Position numbers and translations under genes: made by a program. Of a DNA stretch of 32,000 nt, positions 8,384-20,437 are shown in pieces. How positions within the stretch are numbered: position 1 is the first letter of the stretch; each line of letters begins with the position of its first letter. This DNA comes from an uncultured Lentisphaeria bacterium (lineage in GTDB: Bacteria > Verrucomicrobiota > Lentisphaeria > JABSQK01 > JAJFLO01), in NCBI GenBank assembly GCA_951812855.1, contig OX638337.1, forward strand, positions 1,200,001 through 1,232,000, read 5' to 3'. The notes under the pieces were generated by a model, which saw nothing but the letters and a program-made list of their open reading frames with translations, did not search any database and was not told where the DNA came from.

Positions 8384-8647
8384 TTGATGATGTCTCAATT
8401 CGAAAATGTAACAGTCGTTAAAGCAGCTAATGTATATTTTGATGGTACTGTAATTAGCAGAACAGTTCGTTTTGCTGATGGATCTGAGAAAACGCCTGGA
8501 TTCATGCAGCCGGGGAACTATGAGCTCAATACTGCCCAAAAAGAGAATATGGAAATTATGGCCGGAGAACTTGATGTACCGGCCAATTCAACATTTAGGT
8601 TAAGCATAAAACATACGACAGATTACTGCTGTTCGTACATTGATTAA
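8384..8647 (+). CDS. ppnP: PpnP/YaiE (DUF1255) pyrimidine/purine nucleoside phosphorylase-like protein with an apparent internal in-frame deletion
   Basis: [60 protein letters not shown] and the C-terminal [20 protein letters not shown] follow the PpnP pattern. Homologues I recall (E. coli and Pseudomonas PpnP) have about 19 aa (KLP....W..F..G..F.V) between these two blocks, and that segment is absent here. Confidence 0.65.
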   Translation: MMMSQFENVTVVKAANVYFDGTVISRTVRFADGSEKTPGFMQPGNYELNTAQKENMEIMAGELDVPANSTFRLSIKHTTDYCCSYID

Positions 8648-8656
8648 TCCCGGTCT

Positions 8657-9391
8657 ATGCCACATACTCAATTAAACTTAAACGAAGCCGCGGATTATCT
8701 CCATCTCAGTCCTGAAAAGATAGAGACGCTGGCCCGACAAGAAGACTTTACCATCCGATATGTAAAAGATAAACCCATATTTTCCAAACGTGAACTGCAT
8801 GATTGGATGAGTAAAAAACTATTAGGGAAAACTGACGATTCTATTGATAAATTTCATGAGAATGTCAGTCAGGCGGGAGAAGAAACTTCCGAACCGCAGG
8901 AATTGTTTCTCAGTCGATTTCTTGATCCTTCAGTGACATGCCCGGAATTAGTGGCAAAAACCAAAAACAGTGTTATAAGAGAACTTGTCAAAGTTGCCGT
9001 AACAAGTAATCTGGTAACAGATGAAGCCGAATTACTTGAATTAATAATGGAACGGGAAGAACTGTGTTCCACTGGTCTTGCAAATGGTGTTGCTGTGCCG
9101 CACAGTCGAATTCATGCGAATTATCTCATCCTTGATTCCTTTTTAGTTATCGCACATGTTCCGGGCGGGGTCCCTTTTGGTTCTCTGGACGGGAAATTAG
9201 CGGATCTGTTTTTTGTTCCCTGTGCGAATAATGATCGTTTGCATCTCCACATGATTGCCCGGCTTGCACTGCTCCTTAATAAAACCGATCTGGCTGATGC
9301 CTTACGAGAATGTGAAACTGCTGAGGAGATGATTCAGACACTCAGAAATATTGAATGTGAATTTGTGGAAAACGACGTTAAGAATGCATGA
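8657..9391 (+). CDS. HTH (excisionase/MerR-like) domain fused to a PTS EIIA type-2 (PtsN/fructose-type) domain
   Basis: The N-terminus LNLNEAADYLHLSPEKIETLARQEDF is HTH-like. The C-terminal domain carries the EIIA-2 phospho-histidine signature GLANGVAVPHSR. No other PTS component is present in the window. Confidence 0.8.
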   Translation: MPHTQLNLNEAADYLHLSPEKIETLARQEDFTIRYVKDKPIFSKRELHDWMSKKLLGKTDDSIDKFHENVSQAGEETSEPQELFLSRFLDPSVTCPELVAKTKNSVIRELVKVAVTSNLVTDEAELLELIMEREELCSTGLANGVAVPHSRIHANYLILDSFLVIAHVPGGVPFGSLDGKLADLFFVPCANNDRLHLHMIARLALLLNKTDLADALRECETAEEMIQTLRNIECEFVENDVKNA

Positions 9392-9573
9392 GAATTGAAA
9401 CCGTTGATTCATAATCAATCGAAGCCGTTATACTATGATCCATTCTTTCTATCGGAAATATCTTGTAAATCAGTAATAACAAGTAATGATTAACTCTTTT
9501 ATTAATAATTAAGATTTTTAAAAAATGGTTTCAGCAGCAAGACAGTCAGCAATATTTATATGGAGAAAAATAA

Positions 9574-9789
9574 GTGGCAGAAGAAGCAATAAAAGCCGAA
9601 GGTGTTGTAAAAAAATTCTTGTCAAACGGATTATATACCGTTGAACTTGAAGGCGGACATGAAATCCAGGCTCATGTCAAAGGGAAAATGAGAATGCATA
9701 ACATCCGTGTTATGGTCGGTGATAATGTCACCATCGAGATGTCCCCTTACGATCTAACCAAAGGCCGAATAACATTTCGAAAACGTTAA
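9574..9789 (+). CDS. infA: Translation initiation factor IF-1
   Basis: A 71-aa S1-like OB-fold sequence ([60 protein letters not shown]) typical of IF-1. The start is GTG with GGAG upstream. Confidence 0.95.
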   Translation: MAEEAIKAEGVVKKFLSNGLYTVELEGGHEIQAHVKGKMRMHNIRVMVGDNVTIEMSPYDLTKGRITFRKR

Positions 9790-10101
9790 AGCCGGCATAG
9801 ACGGATAGATATTATATTTCGTTTTCCAGGGAATATTCCAATATTCAGGACCACCCACTGGATTGATAGTTAGAAGTTTATCACTCACAAAAAATGTAAA
9901 TGCATCATGTCCTTTCCAGTTTATCTTTAAAGGAGTCGCATAACACTTGTCATTGTTCCCGGAATTGGATTTCCAGACTAATTTGCCGGTTGTTTTGTTA
10001 AATGCCGCATCGGCTTTCACGGCGTTTAGGATGATGCTATCCTTATAGATTACCGGTGAACTTGAAAAACTGAATTTAGGCCGGCTTGATTTGGTATTTA
10101 T
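9754..10101 (-). pseudogene. Internal fragment of a PQQ-like/BamB-type beta-propeller repeat protein
   Basis: The stop-to-stop frame reads ...SFSSSPVIYKDSIILNAVKADAAFNKTTGKLVWKSN...ATPLKINWKGHDAFTFFVSDKLLTINPVGGPEYWNIPWKT. This follows the PQQ-repeat pattern (sSPvv.d..v......l.A.n..TGk.vW). There is no SD and no signal peptide. The only start is a GTG at 10020, and the 3' end runs 36 nt antisense into infA. Confidence 0.4.
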
Positions 10102-10451
10102 TCAACAGATGGGCAGAGAGGGTGCCGGGTGCCGTCAAAATTTTCATCTTCTGTACCAATACTTAAAACTGCATCCTTGATTACTGCAGGCGGTGCGGCC
10201 AAACTTTCTATTTTGAAACCGTCAATAATCCAGGATGCTTTTTCTAAAGAAATCCTTAGTATAGGGATTGCAGATTTTGTAATAGAAATTATTGCCGCTT
10301 TGTAAATCACAGATCGGAATGGCCCGTTATCACCATTATCTTCAGTGGCAACCGACCAGATGATACCGTTTTCATCCGTATATAAATCGGAAATATCTCT
10401 TTTTTTATCGGAGTTAGCCCACTTTCCCCGGGGAATAAATGTCATATTCAT
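10098..10451 (-). CDS. Hypothetical protein, possibly a truncated beta-propeller/phytase-like fragment
   Basis: 117-aa ORF bounded 12 codons upstream by an in-frame TAA, with no SD. Segments such as DENGIIWSVATEDNG and IDGFKIESLAA...LSIGTEDENFDG resemble propeller-type repeats. Its stop abuts the next out-of-frame fragment. Confidence 0.35.
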   Translation of the reverse strand: MNMTFIPRGKWANSDKKRDISDLYTDENGIIWSVATEDNGDNGPFRSVIYKAAIISITKSAIPILRISLEKASWIIDGFKIESLAAPPAVIKDAVLSIGTEDENFDGTRHPLCPSVE

Positions 10452-10521
10452 TTTGTTAAATTTATCCCGGGATAATGTCTTTTTGTGTTAATTAAACGAT
10501 CCTGTTTTAATATACCCATTG

Positions 10522-11322
10522 TTATGAAATCTGGCCCCGCCCTGTTCGCCAATCAATACCAAGTTTTTTCATTACTTGTTTCATATCATTCCATACGTCA
10601 CGTTTAGCCTTAGGTATACGCAATAAATAGGAAGGGTTATAGGTTGCGATATAATCTATACTCTTGTAAGAAAACCACTGGCCCCGATATTTCCCAATGG
10701 GTCCCTTATCAAACATATATTTTAACGGGGAAGGGCCCAGGAGAACGATTACCTGAGGCTTTACCAACTCTATTTCCCTTCGAAGATAGGGTATGCACAG
10801 ACTGACATTTTCCTTCTCATTAACAAGTTGTTTACCGTGTGAATAACATTTAACTATATTTGTAATATATACCTTGTCAGGAGTAAACGTCATCGCTTTA
10901 ATAATCTCTGTCAATAATTTTCCCGCCGGCCCGGACAATAATGACCCGGTATTATCATCATCTATTTCCGGACTGTCTCCGATAAACATAAGTTTTGCAT
11001 TTGAATTCCCAATCCCGGAAAGCCGATAATTGCTCCCATGACAAAAAGAGCATTTTTGACAGGTCTTCACCATCTGAGTCAACTCTAAAAGATTAACACT
11101 CAAGCCTTCGCTAACGACATCCTCTGGAGGAAGATACGTCAATTGATTATCCCCGGGGTTCTGTTGGTTTTCAACGCGTTTATCAACAGATTTTTGAACA
11201 GGTTTTCCAGATGGCTCTGCATCTGTAATAAATTCCATGTTCGCAGCTGAAATTTCACAGCATTTCACGCCATTAATTCTCTGTGTCTCCACTATGTTTA
11301 TAAGTTCGGAAAGTGTGTCCAT
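10522..11322 (-). CDS. Uracil-DNA glycosylase superfamily protein, family-4-like (4Fe-4S type) with an N-terminal extension and divergent catalytic motifs
   Basis: Cys pattern CQKCSFC ... VKCYSHGKQLVNEKENVSLC is present. The core AKLMFIGDSPEIDDDNTGSLLSGPAGKLL and TYNPSYLLR follow the family-4 layout, but the motifs are altered (see the corresponding finding). Confidence 0.8.
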   Translation of the reverse strand: MDTLSELINIVETQRINGVKCCEISAANMEFITDAEPSGKPVQKSVDKRVENQQNPGDNQLTYLPPEDVVSEGLSVNLLELTQMVKTCQKCSFCHGSNYRLSGIGNSNAKLMFIGDSPEIDDDNTGSLLSGPAGKLLTEIIKAMTFTPDKVYITNIVKCYSHGKQLVNEKENVSLCIPYLRREIELVKPQVIVLLGPSPLKYMFDKGPIGKYRGQWFSYKSIDYIATYNPSYLLRIPKAKRDVWNDMKQVMKKLGIDWRTGRGQIS

Positions 11323-11439
11323 TTATTAATCTGTAATTTATAGGTTTTGTAAATAACTGACAGGATAAAATCTGAATTTCTACGTCTATTTTTACTCTTG
11401 GCATGATGCGATCCTGCATCTAAAAAATTCCTGGATGTG

Positions 11440-11820
11440 TCACGTAATTTCTTCAGGTATTCTTATGGGTTTTAAGGAAACTGCTGATAAGCATACGTGA
11501 ATTGTATAGCCGGATGCTAATAAAGTATTATTTCGCATTACTTCACAAAAAACCTTAATACGGCATCCTTTGTTTTCGCCGAACCATCCCAGGATTTCAA
11601 GATAATCATCATACTTTGCGGGCACAGAATATTCGCAATGTGCTTCAATAACGGGAAGTAGAAGTCCATTTTTTTCCATGTCGATATAACTATAGTTTAT
11701 ATCTCGAAGAATCTCATTGCGTACCCGCTCAAAGTAAACCAAAAAATTAGCGTAGTAAACAACTCCCATCTGATCCGTATCCGCATACGGAACCCGGTAA
11801 AACAGCTGAGATTTTTTCAA
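11440..11820 (-). CDS. Acyl-CoA thioesterase, YbgC/4HBT (hot-dog fold) family
   Basis: 126 aa. The N-terminal signature VPYADTDQMGVVYYANFLVYFERVR is typical of the family. The start is directly adjacent to the cmk stop, which fits an operon. Confidence 0.85.
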   Translation of the reverse strand: MKKSQLFYRVPYADTDQMGVVYYANFLVYFERVRNEILRDINYSYIDMEKNGLLLPVIEAHCEYSVPAKYDDYLEILGWFGENKGCRIKVFCEVMRNNTLLASGYTIHVCLSAVSLKPIRIPEEIT

Positions 11821-11821
11821 C

Positions 11822-12520
11822 TTAACTATCCATACTCAAAATTTCAAGGTAATTCGATACAAGCGTATTTACTGCTTCATCAATAGTCATTGATGTTGTA
11901 TCCATAATATAAGCATCAGGGGCAGGCTTTAAGCGTCCGGCTTTACGTTCACTGTCTATTTTATCTCGTTTGATAATATCGTTGGTCACCGACTCAAGAT
12001 TGGCATTGTCAGGTGTTTCTCCATCCTGCCTTAAACGGCGGAGTGCTCTTTCTCTCGGCGATGCGGTTACGAAAAACTTATACTTTGCTTCAGGGAAAAC
12101 AACTGTCCCGATGTCGCGTCCTTCCATAACAATTAAACCCAAATGTTTGGATTCTTGCTGTTTTTTGACCATCCATTCCCTTACTTCCGGGATAACAGCG
12201 ATGTGACTGACCCCGGCAGTTACATCAGATGCTCTAATGACATCGCGAACAGGTTGACCATCGAGCATCACGGATATAGAACAGTCTTCCGGATTTGCTT
12301 TCAATTGCATATCATGCTGATCCAATAATCGAACAATGGCCGCACGATCATCCACAGGGTCAAGCCTGTTTTTTTGGGATAGCCACGTAAGACTCCGGTA
12401 CATATCGCCGGTATTTACACAATATGCACCAACCTTTAATGCCACGCACCGTGCCAGAGTGCTCTTCCCGGATGCTGCAGGACCATCAATGGTTATTTGT
12501 TCGTTTGAATTGTCTGTCAC
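11822..12520 (-). CDS. cmk: Cytidylate kinase
   Basis: P-loop ITIDGPAASGKSTLAR and the overall length match Cmk. The start codon is GTG. Confidence 0.9.
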   Translation of the reverse strand: MTDNSNEQITIDGPAASGKSTLARCVALKVGAYCVNTGDMYRSLTWLSQKNRLDPVDDRAAIVRLLDQHDMQLKANPEDCSISVMLDGQPVRDVIRASDVTAGVSHIAVIPEVREWMVKKQQESKHLGLIVMEGRDIGTVVFPEAKYKFFVTASPRERALRRLRQDGETPDNANLESVTNDIIKRDKIDSERKAGRLKPAPDAYIMDTTSMTIDEAVNTLVSNYLEILSMDS

Positions 12521-12598
12521 AGAATTAAAGCTGATTATCGAATTAATCAGAGGGAAATAAGTGGTTGTTTTTGAATAGAAAAGGTGAGAATGTATTTG

Positions 12599-15187
12599 TT
12601 ATTCTTCTTCAGGTGGCGGATCATCAGAGCTTTCATCGGGTGCTGATTCATCCGGCATTTGGTTCTCGTCCGTTGATTCATCTGCATCAGTCTCTTCTGG
12701 ATTTTCATCATCATCCTCAAGTTTTTGAATTAGAGTGGCACTGGCAACTTTATCAGTTCCACGCAAATCTATTACTTTTACTCCTTGCGAGGATCGACCA
12801 ATAGAACGGATTCCGTTAATACTGATTCTTACCATTTGGCCTTTTACAGTTGTGATCATTAACTCATCGTCTTCCTCAATCTGCAAGGCACCGATGACTT
12901 TATCATTTGGTTTCAGTTTTATACTGGTAACTCCACTTCCACCCCGATTGATCAGGCGATACCCGCCTCCTGTTTCTTTATCTTGCTCGGCGATTCCGGT
13001 ACCGATATTACTTCGTTTTCCCATTCCCAATTCTGTGATATTAACAATATCAACTCCTTTTTCAACAACAGAGAAAGCCACAACGCCATCATCTACAGAT
13101 TTTAATCGTATTCCAATAACACCTTTTCCTACCCGCCCCCTTGGGGGGACCTGGGATTCTTCAAATCTACAGGCCTTGCCAAGTGATGTAAATAACATGA
13201 GCTCTTTTGTTCCATCCGACAGCCTTACATCAATCAGATCATCATCATCATTGAGAATTAACGCTTTAATGCCAACACGTCTCAGACTTTTAAATTTTGA
13301 CAACATTGTTTTTTTAACAATTCCTTTTCGTGTTGCAAATATCAGAAACTTATCATCGACATCGACTTCAGAAACTGTTAACATCGCCCTTACCTGCTCT
13401 TCGGGTTCGAGTTCAATTAAATTAACGATTGCCTTGCCTCGTGCAGCACGCCGGCCTTCGGGTATTTCATAGACCTTTAACCAATGCATTCTGCCTTTGT
13501 TTGTAAAGAAAAAGATATAATCATGGGTATAGGCAGTAAAGAGTTGACGTACAAAATCTTCATCTTTTGTTTGCATAGCAATAACGCCTTTGCCGCCACG
13601 TCGCTGTGTGCGGAAAAGATCAATAGATAACCGTTTTATGTACCCGGTATTAGAAACAGTAATCGCACAAATTTCCCGTTTAATCAGATCCTCCAGATTG
13701 ATTTCTTTACCGGAACTCATTATATCAGTGCGGCGTTCGTCTCCATATTTATCCCGAACTTCAATTAGTTCATCCTTAACAACGCCCAATCTGAGATTCC
13801 GATCAGCCAGTAAACCTTTTAAATAGTTTATCTGCTGCGATATTTCACCAAATTCTTTATTGAGTTCGTCCCTGGCCAGGCCTGTTAGCTGATGCAGACG
13901 CATATCAAGTATGGCATTGGTTTGCTTTTTAGTGAATTCAAAACGGGTAATCAATTTTACTGACGCTTCATCGCGAGTCCGAGACCCTCGAATCATTTTT
14001 ATAACTTCATCAATATTGTCTACTGCTTTTAGCAATCCCTCGAGGATGTGTGCCCTGGCTTCGGCTTTTTCAAGTTCAAACAGAGAACGTCGGGTAATGA
14101 TCTCCAATCTATGATCGATATAGGCCTGTAACAATTGTGCCAATGTCATTGTTACGGGTCTATGTTTGGACACAACCAGGAACTGGGCACCGAAACTCGT
14201 TTGTAACGGAGTATGTTTAAGCAGCTGATTAAGAACCACAACAGCCCGTTCATTCGTTTTTACATCAACAACGATACGAATTCCGGCACGGTTACTGGAC
14301 TCATCATTGAGTGCAGATATTCCCGTTATAATTTTTGCATGAACTAAATCCGCGATCTTCTTGACAAGAGATTCTTTGTTGACGGCATAAGGAATTTCTG
14401 TGAAAATTATTCGTTCTCTTCCATCTGCGGTTTCCTCGATGGTGTGTTTTGAACGGATTGTGATAATACCACGGCCGGTTTCGTACAAATCAATTATGGG
14501 TTGAATTCCCATGATCTGGGCACCCGTTGGAAAATCCGGTCCTTTAATAAACTGCATGAGTTCTTTACCGGTTGCTGCAGGATTATCCATTAGATAAACA
14601 GTTCCGTCAATAACTTCAGCCAAATTATGCGGCGGTATACTCGTTGCCATACCAACACCAATACCGGTGGTTCCATTTACAAGAAGGTTGGGAAACCTGG
14701 CGGGTAACACTGTCGGTTCTACAACACTCTCATCAAAATTGGGTACCATATCGACCGTCTTTTTATCGAGATCGGTCAACAGTTCTTCTGCAAGACGTTC
14801 TAAACGACATTCTGTATATCGATAGGCCGCAGCTGCATCACCGTCAATACTGCCGAAGTTTCCCTGACCATCAATCAACATATTACGCATTGAAAAATCC
14901 TGGGCCATACGTACCATAGTGTCGTAAACAGACTGGTCTCCGTGTGGATGGTAGTTTCCAATTACTTCCCCGACCACTTTTGCGCACTTGGTATAAGCAT
15001 GACCATGAGTCAACCCAAGTTGACGCATAGCATACAAGATACGTCGATTACCCGGTTTAAGACCATCACGAACATCCGGAATAGCACGACCCAAATTGAC
15101 ACTTAATGAATACTGCAGATATGCAGAATGCATTATTTCTTCTATGTTAACAGGAATGTCCCCTGTTAATTTATTTTCGATTGACAT
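12599..15187 (-). CDS. gyrA: DNA gyrase subunit A
   Basis: 862 aa. The active-site Tyr region is [12 protein letters not shown], the QRDR-like region is [17 protein letters not shown], and C-terminal beta-pinwheel repeats are present. The tail is strongly acidic ([19 protein letters not shown]...). Confidence 0.97.
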   Translation of the reverse strand: MSIENKLTGDIPVNIEEIMHSAYLQYSLSVNLGRAIPDVRDGLKPGNRRILYAMRQLGLTHGHAYTKCAKVVGEVIGNYHPHGDQSVYDTMVRMAQDFSMRNMLIDGQGNFGSIDGDAAAAYRYTECRLERLAEELLTDLDKKTVDMVPNFDESVVEPTVLPARFPNLLVNGTTGIGVGMATSIPPHNLAEVIDGTVYLMDNPAATGKELMQFIKGPDFPTGAQIMGIQPIIDLYETGRGIITIRSKHTIEETADGRERIIFTEIPYAVNKESLVKKIADLVHAKIITGISALNDESSNRAGIRIVVDVKTNERAVVVLNQLLKHTPLQTSFGAQFLVVSKHRPVTMTLAQLLQAYIDHRLEIITRRSLFELEKAEARAHILEGLLKAVDNIDEVIKMIRGSRTRDEASVKLITRFEFTKKQTNAILDMRLHQLTGLARDELNKEFGEISQQINYLKGLLADRNLRLGVVKDELIEVRDKYGDERRTDIMSSGKEINLEDLIKREICAITVSNTGYIKRLSIDLFRTQRRGGKGVIAMQTKDEDFVRQLFTAYTHDYIFFFTNKGRMHWLKVYEIPEGRRAARGKAIVNLIELEPEEQVRAMLTVSEVDVDDKFLIFATRKGIVKKTMLSKFKSLRRVGIKALILNDDDDLIDVRLSDGTKELMLFTSLGKACRFEESQVPPRGRVGKGVIGIRLKSVDDGVVAFSVVEKGVDIVNITELGMGKRSNIGTGIAEQDKETGGGYRLINRGGSGVTSIKLKPNDKVIGALQIEEDDELMITTVKGQMVRISINGIRSIGRSSQGVKVIDLRGTDKVASATLIQKLEDDDENPEETDADESTDENQMPDESAPDESSDDPPPEEE

Positions 15188-15197
15188 ATTCTATCAC

Positions 15198-17783
<2,586 letters not shown>

Positions 17784-17948
17784 TTAGAAAGTTGAGGAAC
17801 TTACTACAATTTTTTAGTTTTTTTAAGCTGCGAAGGAAAAAAATTATTATTCCTTCTATAATTCAACTTCTATTACATCAAAATATTAAATCGGGGTTAT
17901 ATCAAGGAGGGTAGCGGGTTTTAAAACTAAACAAGTTTTTACAATGAT

Positions 17949-19241
17949 TTAAATTGGTAAACTTCCGTCATTGTAAACACATTTTCCTGCACAAATTGTT
18001 GCGACGATTTTTCCGGTCACTGATTGATTATGGAATGGTGAATTCCTTGACTTGGAAAAGGATTCAGTAATGTCGATTTTATGTTCCCGGTTTAGATCAA
18101 TTAACGTAATATCTGCCTTTTTTCCAAGACCCAGTGTGCCACAATTGAGATCTAATACATTTGCCGGACCCACTGTAAATTTTGAGACGAGATCCGATAA
18201 ATTCATTATACCGCTGGCAACTAATCCTGTTAAAGAAAGAGGGATTGCTGTTTCCAGGCCTGAAATGCCAAAGGGGGCATTTACCAGATCTTTTGCTTTT
18301 TCAGCAGGTGAATGGGGTGCATGATCTGTTGCAATAACGGAAATTGTATTATCTAAGAGAGCATTTAATAAAACTTCCTGATCTTCTTTCGTTCCCAATG
18401 GGGGATTCATTTTGCCATTTGATACAGCGATGGGCAATATTTCATTGGTTAAAAACAGATGATGAGGAGAGGCTTCAGCGGTTACCGGCAGCCCATTTTC
18501 CTGTGCATTACGAACGAAATTTACGGATTTATAATAACTGATATGCTGAATATGTATTCTGGTTTTAACTTTCTTGCAGAGTTCTATATTGCGAGCGACC
18601 ATATTACTTTCAGCCTCGCCGGGCATTCCGGGAACCCCCATCAAATCTGAAAATTCGCCTTTTCTAATGACTCCATTATTATTTATTGCCATGTCTTCGC
18701 AGTGATCAATAATCGATAAATTTGCCTGGCTGGCCAGTTCCATTGCTTTTAGCATTAATTCATCATCTTGAATACAATCACCATCGTCCGTTAACGCAAC
18801 AATATTTGTTTCATTTTTTAGTTTTATAACATCTGTCAGTTCCATACCCTTGCGATTCCTGGTTAAACAGGCCGTTGGCAACGTATTAACCAGTGATAAT
18901 TTATTAATAGAGGAATTTAATAAATTCAACGTTTCAACAGAATCTATCGCAGGGTTTGTATTCGGCATCGCTACGATAGTTGTAAATCCTCCGGCGGCGG
19001 CGGCTTTTGTACCGGATTGTATATCCTCTTTATATTCAAAACCCGGTTCTCTTAAATGAACATGCATATCAATCAAGCCGGGTGTTATGACTAAGTTTGA
19101 AACATCTATAACAATTGTAGAAGATGAATTAGAAACAGCAGCGGGATCAACTAAAATGGAGTCATCTATTCCGATATCTCCAATAGCGTCAATGTTATTT
19201 CCTGGATCAATTACCCTTGCATTCTTTAATATCAGCTTCAT
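17949..19241 (-). CDS. pyrC: Dihydroorotase
   Basis: 430 aa with the amidohydrolase metal-binding motifs DMHVHLREPG and VIATDHAPH. Confidence 0.92.
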   Translation of the reverse strand: MKLILKNARVIDPGNNIDAIGDIGIDDSILVDPAAVSNSSSTIVIDVSNLVITPGLIDMHVHLREPGFEYKEDIQSGTKAAAAGGFTTIVAMPNTNPAIDSVETLNLLNSSINKLSLVNTLPTACLTRNRKGMELTDVIKLKNETNIVALTDDGDCIQDDELMLKAMELASQANLSIIDHCEDMAINNNGVIRKGEFSDLMGVPGMPGEAESNMVARNIELCKKVKTRIHIQHISYYKSVNFVRNAQENGLPVTAEASPHHLFLTNEILPIAVSNGKMNPPLGTKEDQEVLLNALLDNTISVIATDHAPHSPAEKAKDLVNAPFGISGLETAIPLSLTGLVASGIMNLSDLVSKFTVGPANVLDLNCGTLGLGKKADITLIDLNREHKIDITESFSKSRNSPFHNQSVTGKIVATICAGKCVYNDGSLPI

Positions 19242-19258
19242 GAATTATCTTTCGAAAA

Positions 19259-19765
19259 TTATAATTCCCGGGTCAAGTTTAATCCGTCAAACTCTTCTTT
19301 CTTTTGTTCGTCTTCAAGCAAACTGTCATCACCTTCGATAAGTGATTTTGCTTTATTGTCAAAACGGTTGATAAAATTGCTGAGAGGAGTTTCTCCTGTT
19401 CTGGCATTATCGACTAAATAAAGCCAATTGACTATTATTTTCCTCTGAGCACTTTCTCTCCTGGTCAGTTCTTTTTTAGGTGCAGCCAATGAATTCAGCT
19501 TATATCGTAATTTGAAAGCTTCAGATATGAATTTGTCATTAATGTACTTATCCATTTCATTTTCAAGAATTTCAACGAAGATCATGGACAGTCCCTGCAT
19601 TTTTTCCTCGAGTGCATCTATATTTTGTATGTCGTCTGCACTGTTTTCCAAACTCGAGATCATTGATTCGAGCAATCTTTCTTCGGCTCGTTTTCTAACC
19701 TGCACTCTTAAATCTTCTCTTAATTCCCGAATGAATATTTCAGCCTCCGGCCTGATGATATTCAC
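19259..19765 (-). CDS. Hypothetical acidic, helix-rich protein
   Basis: 168-aa ORF with coding-like composition but no motif I recognise. The start is GTG with no clear SD. It lies 17 nt upstream of pyrC on the same strand. Confidence 0.5.
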   Translation of the reverse strand: MNIIRPEAEIFIRELREDLRVQVRKRAEERLLESMISSLENSADDIQNIDALEEKMQGLSMIFVEILENEMDKYINDKFISEAFKLRYKLNSLAAPKKELTRRESAQRKIIVNWLYLVDNARTGETPLSNFINRFDNKAKSLIEGDDSLLEDEQKKEEFDGLNLTREL

Positions 19766-19960
19766 CGATTCAGCAGCGAGCCTTTGAGCAAGTAACTGTT
19801 TGATTGCAAGTTATTTTTTGCAAGTCGTGTTATGTTACTCATAATTAATAATATTTTTAAAAACTTAAATATTCATGGTCGTGCTCGATCTTTCAAACCA
19901 ACCCCTTCTGCAGTCTTCTGATAAACTGGAAAAATAAAATAGACTATTTAGAAATTTGAT

Positions 19961-20437
19961 ATGATTAAAATCACAAAAACAATAGAATGGGAAATGGGGC
20001 ATCGAATCCCAAACCATATTGGGAAATGTAAAAACCCACATGGTCATCACTACAAACTTGAATTGACATTATCTGGACCAATAGGTTCAAATAAAGGATC
20101 AAGTTCAGAAGGAATGATAATTGATTTTGGAGACATCAGCAAGTTATTATCGGCTGCCATTTACGATACTCTTGATCATAGTTTTATGATCTGTGAAGAC
20201 GATAAAATAATGTCTGCATTTTTTAAAAAGCAAGAAAATTTTAAGGCTGTCATCGTCCCCTTCATTCCCACGGTCGAAAATATTTCTCAATGGTGCTACA
20301 ATCAAATATTTCCACGAATCCCGGAGAATGTTGTAATCGAAAATCTCAGAGTGTATGAAACACCAAACTCCTGGGCTGATTTTACTCCCCGGCAAGTAAC
20401 ATATGCAGATACCAAGAAAACAAATCAACATAAGTGA
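19961..20437 (+). CDS. queD: 6-carboxy-5,6,7,8-tetrahydropterin synthase
   Basis: 158 aa. WEMGHRIPNHIGKCKNPHGHHYKLE contains the QueD/PTPS zinc-binding His residues and the CxxxHGH motif. Confidence 0.9.
   Translation: MIKITKTIEWEMGHRIPNHIGKCKNPHGHHYKLELTLSGPIGSNKGSSSEGMIIDFGDISKLLSAAIYDTLDHSFMICEDDKIMSAFFKKQENFKAVIVPFIPTVENISQWCYNQIFPRIPENVVIENLRVYETPNSWADFTPRQVTYADTKKTNQHK

Noticed and set aside
12735-13472. 245-aa plus-strand ORF, plus several 61-91-aa ORFs, lying antisense inside gyrA, gyrB, cmk, pyrC, pilC, pilT, dinG, alaS and the 19259-19765 gene
   Set aside because: They fall entirely within strongly supported genes on the opposite strand or in another frame. Their composition is low-complexity and Ser/Pro/Ile-rich, they carry no recognisable motifs, and they have no SD. 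They are shadow ORFs.
19866-19960. preQ1 riboswitch upstream of queD-queE
   Set aside because: I could not fold the leader into the short P1 stem plus A-rich-tail pseudoknot of preQ1-I or preQ1-II. No conserved core is visible.
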